DNA of 64,000 nucleotides from an uncultured Desulfatitalea sp. Lineage in GTDB: Bacteria > Desulfobacterota > Desulfobacteria > Desulfobacterales > Desulfosarcinaceae. Positions 1 through 9,410 of this stretch are shown piece after piece. The number at the start of each line of letters is the position of its first letter. The stretch's first letter is position 1. Under the pieces are notes generated by a model, which searched no databases, had not been told where the DNA came from, and was given only the letters and a program-made list of their open reading frames with translations. Position numbers and translations under genes: made by a program. The stretch is from assembly GCA_963668675.2 (NCBI GenBank), contig CAXXMB010000002.1:960001-1024000 (forward strand). The letters run 5' to 3'.

Positions 1-116
1 GTGCAGAGCGCTTCACCTTTATCAGCAGCCGACGCTTTGACAGGCAGACCGGCAGAAGCGACAGCGCCGGCTGTTATCACGCCGGCTTTTAAGAATGACC
101 TCCTCGAAATCGACAT
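1..116 (-). CDS. 5' part of a Tat-exported protein (possibly an Fe-S/electron-transfer subunit), truncated by the window edge
   Basis: Minus strand from ATG at 116 reads MSISRRSFLKAGVITAGAVASAGLPVKASAADKGEALC; twin-arginine motif SRRSFLK, h-region, ASA cleavage site; GGAGAAAGG upstream. Not in the ORF track. Confidence 0.75.
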   Translation of the reverse strand, partial: MSISRRSFLKAGVITAGAVASAGLPVKASAADKGEALC

Positions 117-179
117 GGCATTGCCTTTCTCCGGCAAGAAATTAAAATGGAAACCGAATGGATCCATTGCGTCAATCTA

Positions 180-1973
180 TTACAACAGGCCCTTGAACTC
201 CTCTTCGAAAATCACCTCTTTTTCCAAAAGGCGTTCGGAGATGCGTATCATGGCATCTTTATGCTCGTTCAGCATATTGCGCACATGCTGCTCCCGCTGA
301 TCGAGAATGGACTTTATCTCTTCATCCAGTCTGGCCGCTGTTGCCTCACTGTACTCGCGTGCACTGCCAAAGGCTTGGTCTGTCTGCAGAAAAACCGGTG
401 AGCGCTGTTTAGGATAGGTTGAAAGTCCCAGCGTCTCCCCCATACCATATTCGGAAACAATCGCACGGGCTATGTCCGTGGCCCGCATGAGGTCGTTGCC
501 CGCACCGGTGGTAACACTGTTGAACATCATCTTCTCTGCTACTCGGCCGCCTAAGAGCACGTCGATTTTGGCCAGCAACTCTTCATGGCTCATCAGATAG
601 CGATCCTCGGTCGGTCTCTGCTGGGTGTATCCGAGGGCGGCCAAGCCTCTCGGGATGATAGATATTTTATGCACCGGCTCCGCGCCTGGTGTCAAGGCCG
701 CGGTCAGCGCGTGCCCCACCTCGTGATACGCAACGATCTTTTTCTCTTTTGGGTTAATCACGCGGTTTTTCTTCTCCAGGCCGCCGATGATGCGATCCAC
801 AGCTTCGTCCAGCTCTTCCATGCCCACGGTCTGTCTCTTCTTGCGTACGGCCAGTAAGGCAGCCTCGTTGAGCACGTTGGCCAGGTCCGCCCCTGAAAAC
901 CCCGGTGTCTTTTGAGCAATCACCGACAAATCCACATCATCGGCCAACTTGATCCGTTTGGCATGGATCTTCAAAATCGCCTCGCGCCCGTTGATATCAG
1001 GGCGATCGATCAGCACCTGGCGATCAAAACGGCCGGACCGCAACAGCGCCGGATCCAGCACTTCGGGTCGGTTGGTCGCCGCCATGATAATGATGCCGTG
1101 GCTGGTATCAAATCCATCCATCTCCACCAGCAGCTGGTTGAGGGTCTGCTCACGCTCATCGTGGCCGCCCATCATGCCTGCGCCTCTGGCCTTGCCCAAG
1201 GCATCCAACTCATCGATAAAAATGATACACGGCGCCTTCTCGCGGGCCTGGACAAACAGATCACGGACCCTGGCAGCCCCCATCCCCACAAACATCTCCA
1301 CAAAATCGGACCCGCTTATGGAGAAAAAGGGCACACCCGCCTCACCGGCCACAGCACGGGCAATCAGGGTTTTACCGGTCCCTGGCGGCCCCACCAGCAA
1401 CACGCCCCTTGGCATCTGGCCACCAATATCCACGTACTCCTGGGGTTGCTGCAAGAAACCGACAATTTCCTGAAGCTCCTCCTTGGCCTCATCAGCCCCG
1501 GCAACGTCCTCAAAACGTGTCTCGATATCTTTCTCGCCAATAATTTTGGCCTTATTTTTGCCGAACTGCATCATCCCCGCCTGACCGGCCTGCATCCTGC
1601 GCATGAGGAAGTACCACACTCCGAAAAAAAGAAAGACCGGCAAGACCCATGACAACAGGGTTGTGAAGAAAGTGTTTTCCACCTCTCCGGAAAATTTTAC
1701 ATTATGCTCCGTCAGCGCTTCAGATAGATCCGTATCCACACGCACAGTCGTAAAAAGGATCTCATCGCCCTCCTCCTTCCCTTTCATCTTGCCACTGATG
1801 CGGTCCTTGGCCACGGCAATCTCGATCACCTTGTCATCCATTACGCCCTGTATGAACTCGCTATAGGGGATTACCGTGGGGCGGAACTGAGAGAATATTA
1901 AATTCTGAAGCAATATGATGCCCCACACCGCCAGCAACACATACCAGACATTGAATTTGGTCTTGTTCTGCAT
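180..1973 (-). CDS. ftsH: ATP-dependent zinc metalloprotease FtsH
   Basis: Two N-terminal TM segments, Walker A GPPGTGKT, Walker [37 protein letters not shown] zinc motif; start placed at MQNKTK (ATG 1973) after GAGGGAAGG. Confidence 0.97.
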   Translation of the reverse strand: MQNKTKFNVWYVLLAVWGIILLQNLIFSQFRPTVIPYSEFIQGVMDDKVIEIAVAKDRISGKMKGKEEGDEILFTTVRVDTDLSEALTEHNVKFSGEVENTFFTTLLSWVLPVFLFFGVWYFLMRRMQAGQAGMMQFGKNKAKIIGEKDIETRFEDVAGADEAKEELQEIVGFLQQPQEYVDIGGQMPRGVLLVGPPGTGKTLIARAVAGEAGVPFFSISGSDFVEMFVGMGAARVRDLFVQAREKAPCIIFIDELDALGKARGAGMMGGHDEREQTLNQLLVEMDGFDTSHGIIIMAATNRPEVLDPALLRSGRFDRQVLIDRPDINGREAILKIHAKRIKLADDVDLSVIAQKTPGFSGADLANVLNEAALLAVRKKRQTVGMEELDEAVDRIIGGLEKKNRVINPKEKKIVAYHEVGHALTAALTPGAEPVHKISIIPRGLAALGYTQQRPTEDRYLMSHEELLAKIDVLLGGRVAEKMMFNSVTTGAGNDLMRATDIARAIVSEYGMGETLGLSTYPKQRSPVFLQTDQAFGSAREYSEATAARLDEEIKSILDQREQHVRNMLNEHKDAMIRISERLLEKEVIFEEEFKGLL

Positions 1974-2231
1974 CCTTCCCTCGCTGTTGGGTGTCAACAC
2001 TCCCCGGCGCAATACAATAATCGCCGGCCGCATATCTTTCAATTTTTAATGGTAAGCGATACCCCGTGATAATCAAGTTCAAATTTATCGTCTCGGGTAT
2101 CGGGAACTGTAAATCTGCAGAACCGATCTGACGCTGGGGACTTTCCTCGATTTCTCTTGATTCCATGGTCGTATAGAGCCATGCGTGCAGCCGTGACAGG
2201 AGAGATTCACCGATATCGGCCCCTTACCCGA

Positions 2232-2861
2232 TCACCCGGTACCCAACAGCTTGAATCCGTCCCGGCAGAGGAACAGCCCCAGTACCATAAGGGTCACGCC
2301 GAGAAAACGCATGATGCAGATATAAATTCGACCCGACAAAAAAGATGCGGACCGGTCTGTTACTATCGCCAAAGCGATTTTGGCCCCCACCAGGCAGAGA
2401 TAGAAACTACCGATGAAGACAAAATGTGCCCCCCACCCTTTGGCCATTGCACGGGAGACAATCGGGGCACCGACACTCAGCCAGAAGAGGTAAGGATGAG
2501 GACTGAGAAAATTGACAACGATGCCCTTAAACAGTGATTTCGGGCGGGAGTTTCGAATATCGTCGTCTACTTTTTTGGCGAAAAAATTTTTGCAGCCGAG
2601 GTAGAAGACAAAAAGACCGCCAGCCAGTGAGAGTAATCCCAAAAGGGTATCGAAAGCGGAGAGTCTGGACAAGAGATAGACAGTCAGAATGATGATGGGT
2701 GCATCTGTGATCAGCGGCGCCAGGGCCACTTTGACACCGGATGAGATGCCGTGCCGCAGTGTTTCGGCGATGACAAGCGCAAGGAGCGGACCAGGTGCGA
2801 AACCGGCCGAAGCCCCCAGTAGAAGGCCCATGATTAGATCGTGCAGCATGTGAAAAGCCAT
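2232..2861 (-). CDS. LysE/RhtB family translocator
   Basis: PGP motif near the N-terminus (GFAPGPLLALVI), KGIVVNFLSPHPYLFW motif, about 6 TM segments, 209 aa. Confidence 0.85.
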   Translation of the reverse strand: MAFHMLHDLIMGLLLGASAGFAPGPLLALVIAETLRHGISSGVKVALAPLITDAPIIILTVYLLSRLSAFDTLLGLLSLAGGLFVFYLGCKNFFAKKVDDDIRNSRPKSLFKGIVVNFLSPHPYLFWLSVGAPIVSRAMAKGWGAHFVFIGSFYLCLVGAKIALAIVTDRSASFLSGRIYICIMRFLGVTLMVLGLFLCRDGFKLLGTG

Positions 2862-2909
2862 CTCCTGTCGAGGACTGATGGGAAACGGACGGGGATACGA
2901 GGTTGCATT

Positions 2910-3035
2910 TATTAACCCGGCAATTGATTACCTTAGCAATCGACATTCCGGCGGAGGCCGGAATCCAGACCGTTCCTGGATCCCGGATCAAGTCCGGGAT
3001 GACAAAGGTTGGCCTATTTAATTGCCGGTTTAATA
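2910..3035. repeat. MITE-like palindromic element, copy 1 (126 bp)
   Basis: Terminal inverted repeats TATTAACCCGGCAATT / AATTGCCGGTTTAATA (1 mismatch); internal ATTCCGGC-GGAG-GCCGGAAT and ATCCCGGA-TCAAG-TCCGGGAT hairpins; near-identical copy at 37442-37531. Confidence 0.8.
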
Positions 3036-3054
3036 AAACCGGCTGCGAAGGCGT

Positions 3055-3627
3055 CTATTTTATCGCAATGGCACCACATGTGGGTGCCTGCCAATCGAGA
3101 CGGCTGTTTCGCTCCAGATGAGTGTCCATCCGTTTGGTTATCTCTTCCGGCAGGGGTGAAGATCTGCGCTGTTTAAGATCAGCGTGGGTGCCCAGAGACT
3201 CCAGGCTGGCAGCCGCCCGGGCAGAGCTCTCATTGATAATGAAATGCATGAAATGGAACCTCTTGGATGACCTGGCCAGCAGTCGGGTACGTACGACAAC
3301 GCTCTGGCCAGCCCTCACTTCGCTCCAGTAGTTGATGAACTGCCTGAGCGCAAAACCACCGGCATGGTTTGTTTCGAAGTATTTCGAGCTCAACCCCAGA
3401 TCCTCGAAAAAATGCCACGTGGCCTCATCGAACAAGGTCATGTACCAGCGCACGTTCATGTGCCCCATGGCATCGATGTAATCTTCGGGAATGATCCGAC
3501 GGTAATAGAGCGGCAACGCGTTCAACTGGTCGAGGGTTACGATGCATTCGTTGCGCCTGTCACGAATAGCGCAATCCATTGATTCGTTCAGATATGCCCC
3601 TCTGTCTTGGATGACTTGGTCTTTCAT
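3055..3627 (-). CDS. Acyl-CoA thioesterase (4HBT/hotdog family)
   Basis: IDAMGHMNVRWY motif typical of 4HBT/FadM-like thioesterases. Confidence 0.8.
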   Translation of the reverse strand: MKDQVIQDRGAYLNESMDCAIRDRRNECIVTLDQLNALPLYYRRIIPEDYIDAMGHMNVRWYMTLFDEATWHFFEDLGLSSKYFETNHAGGFALRQFINYWSEVRAGQSVVVRTRLLARSSKRFHFMHFIINESSARAAASLESLGTHADLKQRRSSPLPEEITKRMDTHLERNSRLDWQAPTCGAIAIK

Positions 3628-3667
3628 GGCATGATTCCGTTAGATGCAAATAGCATCGACCAATAAA

Positions 3668-3688
3668 GCGCCGGCTCTCTGCCGGCGC
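3668..3688 (-). terminator. Possible intrinsic terminator hairpin
   Basis: GCGCCGGC-TCTCT-GCCGGCGC, followed on the minus strand by TTTATT. Confidence 0.4.
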
Positions 3689-3865
3689 CATTGGTCGATT
3701 CAGTAGCGCATCATACAGATCGTGCCCCGATTGTCAAACAGCTGCTTCAACTTTTGAATCGGAACATCTCTGAAAACAGATACAGAATGAAAGGTCATAT
3801 CTATAAGATCGACAACAGACCTTCACTTAAAACTTTCCACTTTCACTCCCCCCTAAAGCGGGGGA

Positions 3866-4324
3866 TTAGTACATCGGGTTGACAACGTAACCTTCACCGC
3901 CGGTTTCACCGATGCCGATAACGCCGGAGGTGTCTCCGTCCTTGTTTTTATTGACATAGCGCACCTTGATCTTGATCGCGTCCGACCCGATGATCTTGCC
4001 GGACTTGTCGGTGGCATTCAGGGTGACCAGGTGGATCCCCATACTCAACTTGTGTGTGGTCAGGCTGTATCCGGTTCCGATTCGTCCATCCAGGCTGGAG
4101 ATCCAAACCAGTTCGGCGCCGTCCAGATCGGCTCCCCGGCTGTCTTTGACGCTGCCGGTAAAATAGACCTTGTCGCCAAAGGTATGGTTGCTGTCGTATA
4201 CAGGACTCGTGATTCGAACGACCGCTGCACTATCGGCCAGGCAAACGCCTGTCGACAGTGCGAGCAGTCCTAAACATAGTATAATGGTTCTCAATGAAAC
4301 TTTTGTTTGAATAGCTTTGATCAT
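3866..4324 (-). CDS. Secreted hypothetical protein with an Ig-like/PKD-type repeat
   Basis: Signal peptide; LVWISSLDGRIGTG...LSMGIHLVTLNATD pattern seen in Ig/PKD-like extracellular domains. Confidence 0.6.
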   Translation of the reverse strand: MIKAIQTKVSLRTIILCLGLLALSTGVCLADSAAVVRITSPVYDSNHTFGDKVYFTGSVKDSRGADLDGAELVWISSLDGRIGTGYSLTTHKLSMGIHLVTLNATDKSGKIIGSDAIKIKVRYVNKNKDGDTSGVIGIGETGGEGYVVNPMY

Positions 4325-4551
4325 CTACCGACTCCTTTTCTAATAAGACAAAAATTGGGTTCTATAACATTCGTACGCCATAGGCGCAAATTGCCAAATT
4401 CGGGTATTACACCTTGATTTCATTGAAAAAAGGCAGAATTCCAGGTACAGGGCGAGCCCGCCTTTCTCCCCTTTTCATGGGGGATTTTGGCGTCCCTGGA
4501 TGGATCACGGGGGGTGGACGCACCTATTATTTCGACTCTTTTTGGAAAAAC

Positions 4552-4580
4552 TTGACAAATATCAAACAGAGTGCTCTTAT
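4552..4580 (+). promoter_or_regulatory. sigma70-type promoter for the aro leader/aroF-aroB
   Basis: TTGACA (4552-4557), 17 nt spacer, TGc-TCTTAT extended -10 (4575-4580). Confidence 0.65.
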
Positions 4581-4602
4581 CGGCCTCAATTCGAGGTGAA
4601 CA

Positions 4603-4686
4603 ATGACAATCGGGACAGAAACAGACGGTCGGTTCGGGGGAAATTGGTGGCGTTTTGCGCTCTGGCGCCGCATGCCCGCCGGTTGA
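4603..4686 (+). CDS. Leader peptide MTIGTETDGRFGGNWWRFALWRRMPAG (27 aa; tandem Trp codons)
   Basis: RBS GAGGTG at 4593-4598, ATG 4603, TGG-TGG 4645-4650, third TGG 4663-4665, TGA 4684-4686; lies between the promoter and the terminator upstream of aroF. Confidence 0.8.
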   Translation: MTIGTETDGRFGGNWWRFALWRRMPAG

Positions 4687-4717
4687 CCGGTGTCGATCCC
4701 GACAACCAAAATTTCCG

Positions 4718-4752
4718 GACCGTGGGCATCAACCGCCCACGGTCTTTTTTTT
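4718..4752 (+). terminator. Attenuator terminator
   Basis: Perfect 10-bp stem GACCGTGGGC / GCCCACGGTC, 7-nt loop, T8 tract; 50 nt upstream of the aroF start. Confidence 0.85.
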
Positions 4753-4802
4753 GCTGAAGTGGGGGGGTGCCTTGGCGCCGGAAGGACGAAGGAGGAACAC
4801 TC

Positions 4803-5828
4803 ATGTTGATCGTAATGGATAGAAAGGCCACAGACGAGCAGGTCCAACAGGTGGTCAACATCATTGAATCGAGAGGCTTCAAGGCGCGACCAATTCCGGG
4901 CGGCGACAGGGTCTCCATCGGCATCCTCAACAACCAGGGGCCTGTGGATGCGGGCCTTTTTCTGGGATTGCCCGGCGTCAAAGAGGCCATCCCGGTCACC
5001 CGCCCCTACAAACTGGTGAGCCGGGAGATCAAACCAGAAGACACCCTGATCCAGGTGGGCAAGGTCACCATCGGAAACGGCCACCTCACCATCATGGGAG
5101 GGCCGTGTGCCATCGAGAGCGAAACCCAGGCGATGACCATTGCCGAGAAGGTTAAGGAGGCCGGGGGACATATTTTCCGCGGTGGCGCCTTCAAACCGCG
5201 GACCTCCCCTTACACTTTTCAAGGCATGGGATTGGACGGCCTCAAGATCATGGCCAAGGTGAGAGAGACCTATGATCTGCCCGTGGTGACCGAGGCGATG
5301 GACACAGAGACCTTCGACATGGTCGAAGAGTATGCCGACATCGTCCAGATCGGCACACGCAATATGCAGAATTTCAGTTTGCTCAAACGCGCCGGCCGGT
5401 GCAAACGCCCGGTGATGCTCAAGCGCGGCATGTCGGCCACTCTGGATGAGTGGCTCATGGCTGCCGAATACGTCATGGCAGGCGGCAACACCAACGTCAT
5501 CCTGTGCGAACGCGGTGTGCGGACCTTCGTACGCCACAGCCGCAACACCCTCGATCTATCGGTTGTACCGGTCGTTCTCAAAGAGAGTCATCTGCCGATC
5601 ATCATCGACCCCAGCCATGCAGCTGGCAAGCGTGACCAGGTCATTCCCCTGAGCCGGGCGTCAGTGGCCGTCGGCGCACACGGGTTGATGGTGGAGGTGC
5701 ACCACGAACCTGAAAACGCCATGAGCGATGGCGCCCAATCGCTCTATCCGGACCAGTTTAAACAGTTATGCGACTATGCCAGGCGTGTTCGCGCCATATT
5801 GGAGGAAGCCAAACCAAAGGAAGAGTGA
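4803..5828 (+). CDS. aroF: 3-deoxy-7-phosphoheptulonate (DAHP) synthase, class I-beta with N-terminal regulatory domain
   Basis: GGPCAIES, RGGAFKPRTSPY, QIGTRNMQN, LKRG, ILCERG, DPSHA motifs; start MLIVMD after GGAGG. Confidence 0.95.
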   Translation: MLIVMDRKATDEQVQQVVNIIESRGFKARPIPGGDRVSIGILNNQGPVDAGLFLGLPGVKEAIPVTRPYKLVSREIKPEDTLIQVGKVTIGNGHLTIMGGPCAIESETQAMTIAEKVKEAGGHIFRGGAFKPRTSPYTFQGMGLDGLKIMAKVRETYDLPVVTEAMDTETFDMVEEYADIVQIGTRNMQNFSLLKRAGRCKRPVMLKRGMSATLDEWLMAAEYVMAGGNTNVILCERGVRTFVRHSRNTLDLSVVPVVLKESHLPIIIDPSHAAGKRDQVIPLSRASVAVGAHGLMVEVHHEPENAMSDGAQSLYPDQFKQLCDYARRVRAILEEAKPKEE

Positions 5829-5831
5829 TCC

Positions 5832-6878
5832 ATGCACGAAATCTCCATCGAAGGTCAAACCGGCCGTTCACGGATTCTGGTCGGTGAAAGTCTTGAAAAC
5901 CTGCCCAAATACCTGCCCGATGGGCGCTCGGTCATCGTTACCGATGAGAAGGTGGGCGCATTGTACGGGGATCGGTTCCCAGCCGGCGAGGTGATCACCA
6001 TCGGGTGTGGAGAGAAACACAAAACCCTGGAGAGCCTTGCGACGATCTACGAGCGGCTCATTGAAACCGAAGCCGACCGCAGCTCGTTCATCGTGGGTAT
6101 CGGCGGCGGCATTGTCGGCGACGTCACCGGTTTTGCTGCCTCGACTTATATGCGCGGCATCCGCTTCGGATTCGTGCCTACCAGCCTGCTGGCCCAGGTA
6201 GACGCCACCGTGGGCGGCAAAAACGGCGTTAATTTCAAGGGTTATAAAAACATGGTAGGCGTCTTCAACCAGCCAGACTTCGTCATCGCCGATATCACCC
6301 TGCTCAAGACCCTGCCGCCCGAAGAGGTCGCCTGCGGGCTGGCCGAAATCGTCAAGCACGGCTGTATCGCCGATAAAGCCTACTTCGAATTCATCGAAGC
6401 GCACTGCGACGCCATCGCCCGACTGGACCACGACACCATGCTGCACCTGGTGCGCGAGTCGGTGCGCATCAAGGCAGCCGTGGTCAACCAGGATGAACGC
6501 GAAGCCGGCGAGCGCCGCAAACTCAACTTTGGACACACCCTGGGCCACGCGTTCGAAAAGACACTGGGCATCTCCCACGGTGAAGCGGTCAGCGCCGGCA
6601 TGGTCATAGCGGCCGAACTTTCGGTCCGCAAGGGACTGCTGGAGGAGAACACCCTGCACCGCCTCAAGACCCTGCTGGAAAGGCTCAAGCTGCCTGTTAC
6701 CCTAAGCTACGACCGCCAGGCCGTATTCCAGGCGCTCAAGAAAGACAAGAAGCGCGAAAAGGAACACATGCATTTTGTTTTGCTCGATGCGTTGGGGAAA
6801 GCCGTGGTCGAATCCATCCAACTAAATGAGCTTGAGGGGTGGTTGATGGGAAGCAAGCAAGAAAGTTTCGGTACTTAA
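5832..6878 (+). CDS. aroB: 3-dehydroquinate synthase
   Basis: GIGGGIVGDVTGF, YMRGI, PTSLLAQVDATVGGKNG, LNFGHTLGHAFE, HGEAV motifs. Confidence 0.96.
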   Translation: MHEISIEGQTGRSRILVGESLENLPKYLPDGRSVIVTDEKVGALYGDRFPAGEVITIGCGEKHKTLESLATIYERLIETEADRSSFIVGIGGGIVGDVTGFAASTYMRGIRFGFVPTSLLAQVDATVGGKNGVNFKGYKNMVGVFNQPDFVIADITLLKTLPPEEVACGLAEIVKHGCIADKAYFEFIEAHCDAIARLDHDTMLHLVRESVRIKAAVVNQDEREAGERRKLNFGHTLGHAFEKTLGISHGEAVSAGMVIAAELSVRKGLLEENTLHRLKTLLERLKLPVTLSYDRQAVFQALKKDKKREKEHMHFVLLDALGKAVVESIQLNELEGWLMGSKQESFGT

Positions 6879-6951
6879 ATGTTATGCCAGCCTTGAAAAC
6901 AAATCGACAGAATACCACAACTTTCATACTTTCCAACTTTCATACCACTTA

Positions 6952-6981
6952 TTGACACCCTTTCGGAGCGCCGTCTATAGT
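6952..6981 (+). promoter_or_regulatory. sigma70-type promoter
   Basis: TTGACA-18 nt-TATAGT, ending 33 nt upstream of ATG 7015. Confidence 0.6.
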
Positions 6982-7014
6982 AAATACAATACCAACCCAT
7001 TCAAGAGGATCGGC

Positions 7015-9054
7015 ATGGGCTCCCAGACTCCGGTCATCGGCTCCATCCTCTGTATGGTCGATCTCTCCGACGCCACGAAAGCGGTGATCGAATGGTCGGC
7101 CCGCTTTGCCCAACTTACAGGCGCGGAACTGCGCCTGCTGCACGCGATCCATCTGCCATCGGATCAACTCCATCCAACCGTCGAATTCGAACGCAGCGGC
7201 GATCTTCAGACGCGCAAGGCGGAGAGCGGCGCCGCAATCGAGCAGCTCATGCCACCGCTGGGCATCTCCTGGCGGCTTGAGATCGTCCCCGGAGATCCGG
7301 CCGAAGTGGCCACCGAGTATTGCAAAAACCATCCAATCGATCTGATCGTCGCCGGCAGCCTCGGAATTACGCGCCTGAAACGCCTTTTCATGGGCACGGT
7401 GGTCGAGCGCATGGCACGCATGGTGGCCTGCCCAATGCTGGTTCTGCGCCCAAATTATCATGCGCCCGACGCCATTCGGCGCATCGGTGTTTGCTGCGAC
7501 CTATCTCCGATCCACATCCCGTTAATCCGATGGGGCGGCCGTATTGCCCGCGGACTATCTGCCGATCTCGGATTACTGCACGCCATGGCGTCCGCCGTCA
7601 ATGCGGATATGGTCGAACCCACCACCGCGCCGTACAGTCAAGTGCAGCAACAGCTTCAACACCGAGTTGAAGAGGCCCTTCTGGACATGGCCCGTGAGGC
7701 CGCAGGCCCCGGTTTTGCCATGCATCCTCACCTTGCTACCGGTTCGGCCCAGGATGAACTGCTGGACCTGGTGCGAAAAAATAAGATCGATCTCGTTGTC
7801 GTCGGGGTCCGCCACCACAGTGCCATCGGTAAACTGATGGTCGGATCGACCACCGAGGTGCTGTTGCGCAAGGCGCCCTGCCATGTTCTCACCGTACCCG
7901 CCTCAATGACGGCAAAGGGGATCGTTGCCGGCACCGAAACCGCCTGTATGCTCTCTTTACCCACAGGCGTGGTCTGGGATCAACGCTATCTCGAACACCG
8001 CAGCGATGGAGAACATGCCGAGAATTACCACCGCCTGGAGGCCGTTTACACACTTCTGGACCACCTTCAGGAAGAGATCCCTCTTCTCCGCGTCACCCCT
8101 CGCGCTGCTACGGAAGAAGAGTTGGGGTGGGTCCACTCGGCGGCCTATGTCCGCCAAATCCAGGCCACTGCAAAACAAGACTACACCCAACTCACACCGG
8201 ACACCTATGCCTGCGCCGCGTCGTATCCGACGGCTGCACTGGCGGCCGGCGGCATCATGGCCGCCATAGACGCCGTCACCTCCGGAAAAGCGAAAAACGC
8301 CTTTGTCCTGGCACGCCCACCCGGCCACCATGCCGAAGCCGGCCGGGCCGGTGGATATTGCCTTTTCAACAATGTGGCCATCGGTGCCCAGTATGCCCGC
8401 AACCGGCTCAAGATGGGCAAAGTTCTTATCGTGGATTGGGATCTCCACCACGGCAACGGCATCCAACATCTCTTCGAAAGCGATCCATCCGTGCTCTACT
8501 TCTCTTCCCACCAATACCCGCTATTTCCCGGAACCGGTCATCTGCTCGAGGTCGGCCGAGGGCGGGGGGAAGGCTACAACATCAACGTGCCGCTGCGCAA
8601 AGGGTTGGGCGATGGAGACATCGCCTATCTCTACAAAAAGCTTCTCGAACCGGTGGCACATGCTTATAAACCGGATCTGGTACTCGTGTCGGCCGGCTTC
8701 GACCTCCATAAAAAAGATCCGCTGGGGGGCATGAAACTGAGCCCGCATGGTTTCTCCGCCCTCACCCGAATCCTCATGGAGATCAGCGCCCTCTGCTGCC
8801 AGGGGCGCCTGATCCTGGCACTGGAGGGCGGCTACCATCGACAGGCACTGGCCGATTCTGTCAAGGCCGTTCTGGAGGAGCTCTGCGGACAATCCCACTG
8901 CAATGTGGAGCGACTGGCATCCAAGGCCAACCGCCGCCGGGTGGGGCCCATCATCCATCGCTGCACGGAGGTGATGAAACAATATTGGCCATGTTTGCGC
9001 GAACCGAAGGCGTCTGGTCACGCCCGAAAACAAAATCGAGGTCGACATGAATAA
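7015..9054 (+). CDS. Fusion: two universal stress protein (USP) domains + histone-deacetylase-family (AcuC/AphA-like) domain
   Basis: USP motifs DLIVAGSLG..RLFMGTVVERMAR..CPMLVL and DLVVVGVRH..LMVGSTTEVLLRKAPCHVLTV; HDAC motifs RPPGHHAE, GYCLFNN, DWDLHHGNG, SAGFDLHKKD, LEGGY in one open frame; start MGSQTP. Confidence 0.9.
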   Translation: MGSQTPVIGSILCMVDLSDATKAVIEWSARFAQLTGAELRLLHAIHLPSDQLHPTVEFERSGDLQTRKAESGAAIEQLMPPLGISWRLEIVPGDPAEVATEYCKNHPIDLIVAGSLGITRLKRLFMGTVVERMARMVACPMLVLRPNYHAPDAIRRIGVCCDLSPIHIPLIRWGGRIARGLSADLGLLHAMASAVNADMVEPTTAPYSQVQQQLQHRVEEALLDMAREAAGPGFAMHPHLATGSAQDELLDLVRKNKIDLVVVGVRHHSAIGKLMVGSTTEVLLRKAPCHVLTVPASMTAKGIVAGTETACMLSLPTGVVWDQRYLEHRSDGEHAENYHRLEAVYTLLDHLQEEIPLLRVTPRAATEEELGWVHSAAYVRQIQATAKQDYTQLTPDTYACAASYPTAALAAGGIMAAIDAVTSGKAKNAFVLARPPGHHAEAGRAGGYCLFNNVAIGAQYARNRLKMGKVLIVDWDLHHGNGIQHLFESDPSVLYFSSHQYPLFPGTGHLLEVGRGRGEGYNINVPLRKGLGDGDIAYLYKKLLEPVAHAYKPDLVLVSAGFDLHKKDPLGGMKLSPHGFSALTRILMEISALCCQGRLILALEGGYHRQALADSVKAVLEELCGQSHCNVERLASKANRRRVGPIIHRCTEVMKQYWPCLREPKASGHARKQNRGRHE

Positions 9055-9406
9055 AATCACGATCATGGAAGCTTCCGTACGCAAGTGGAACCGTATCATC
9101 GATGGCAAAGGCAGCGATGGCGGGGTGCTCGACTGCCCACCCTGCCGCATTTTCTACATGCTGGTCTGTACCGGCTGCCCCATCGCATCCTATACCGGAA
9201 AGAAGTTCTGCAAAGAGACCCCTTACGTCGCGTGGTATCGGCACCAGAACGAAGCCCACGGGTATATGTTCCGAAAAGTCTACTGTGAAGAGTGCCGCAA
9301 GTTGGCAATAGAGATGCGCGATTTCATGCAAACCATTGTGGATCATCTTAAAAAGGAAAAACAGGCAGCCGAAAACCAAACCGCTGACGAAAAGATGGCT
9401 GAATAA
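9047..9406 (+). CDS. Cys-rich hypothetical protein (probable metal binder)
   Basis: CPPC, CTGCP, FC, CEEC; start overlaps the upstream stop; GAGG RBS. Confidence 0.7.
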   Translation: MNKITIMEASVRKWNRIIDGKGSDGGVLDCPPCRIFYMLVCTGCPIASYTGKKFCKETPYVAWYRHQNEAHGYMFRKVYCEECRKLAIEMRDFMQTIVDHLKKEKQAAENQTADEKMAE

Positions 9407-9410
9407 ACGG

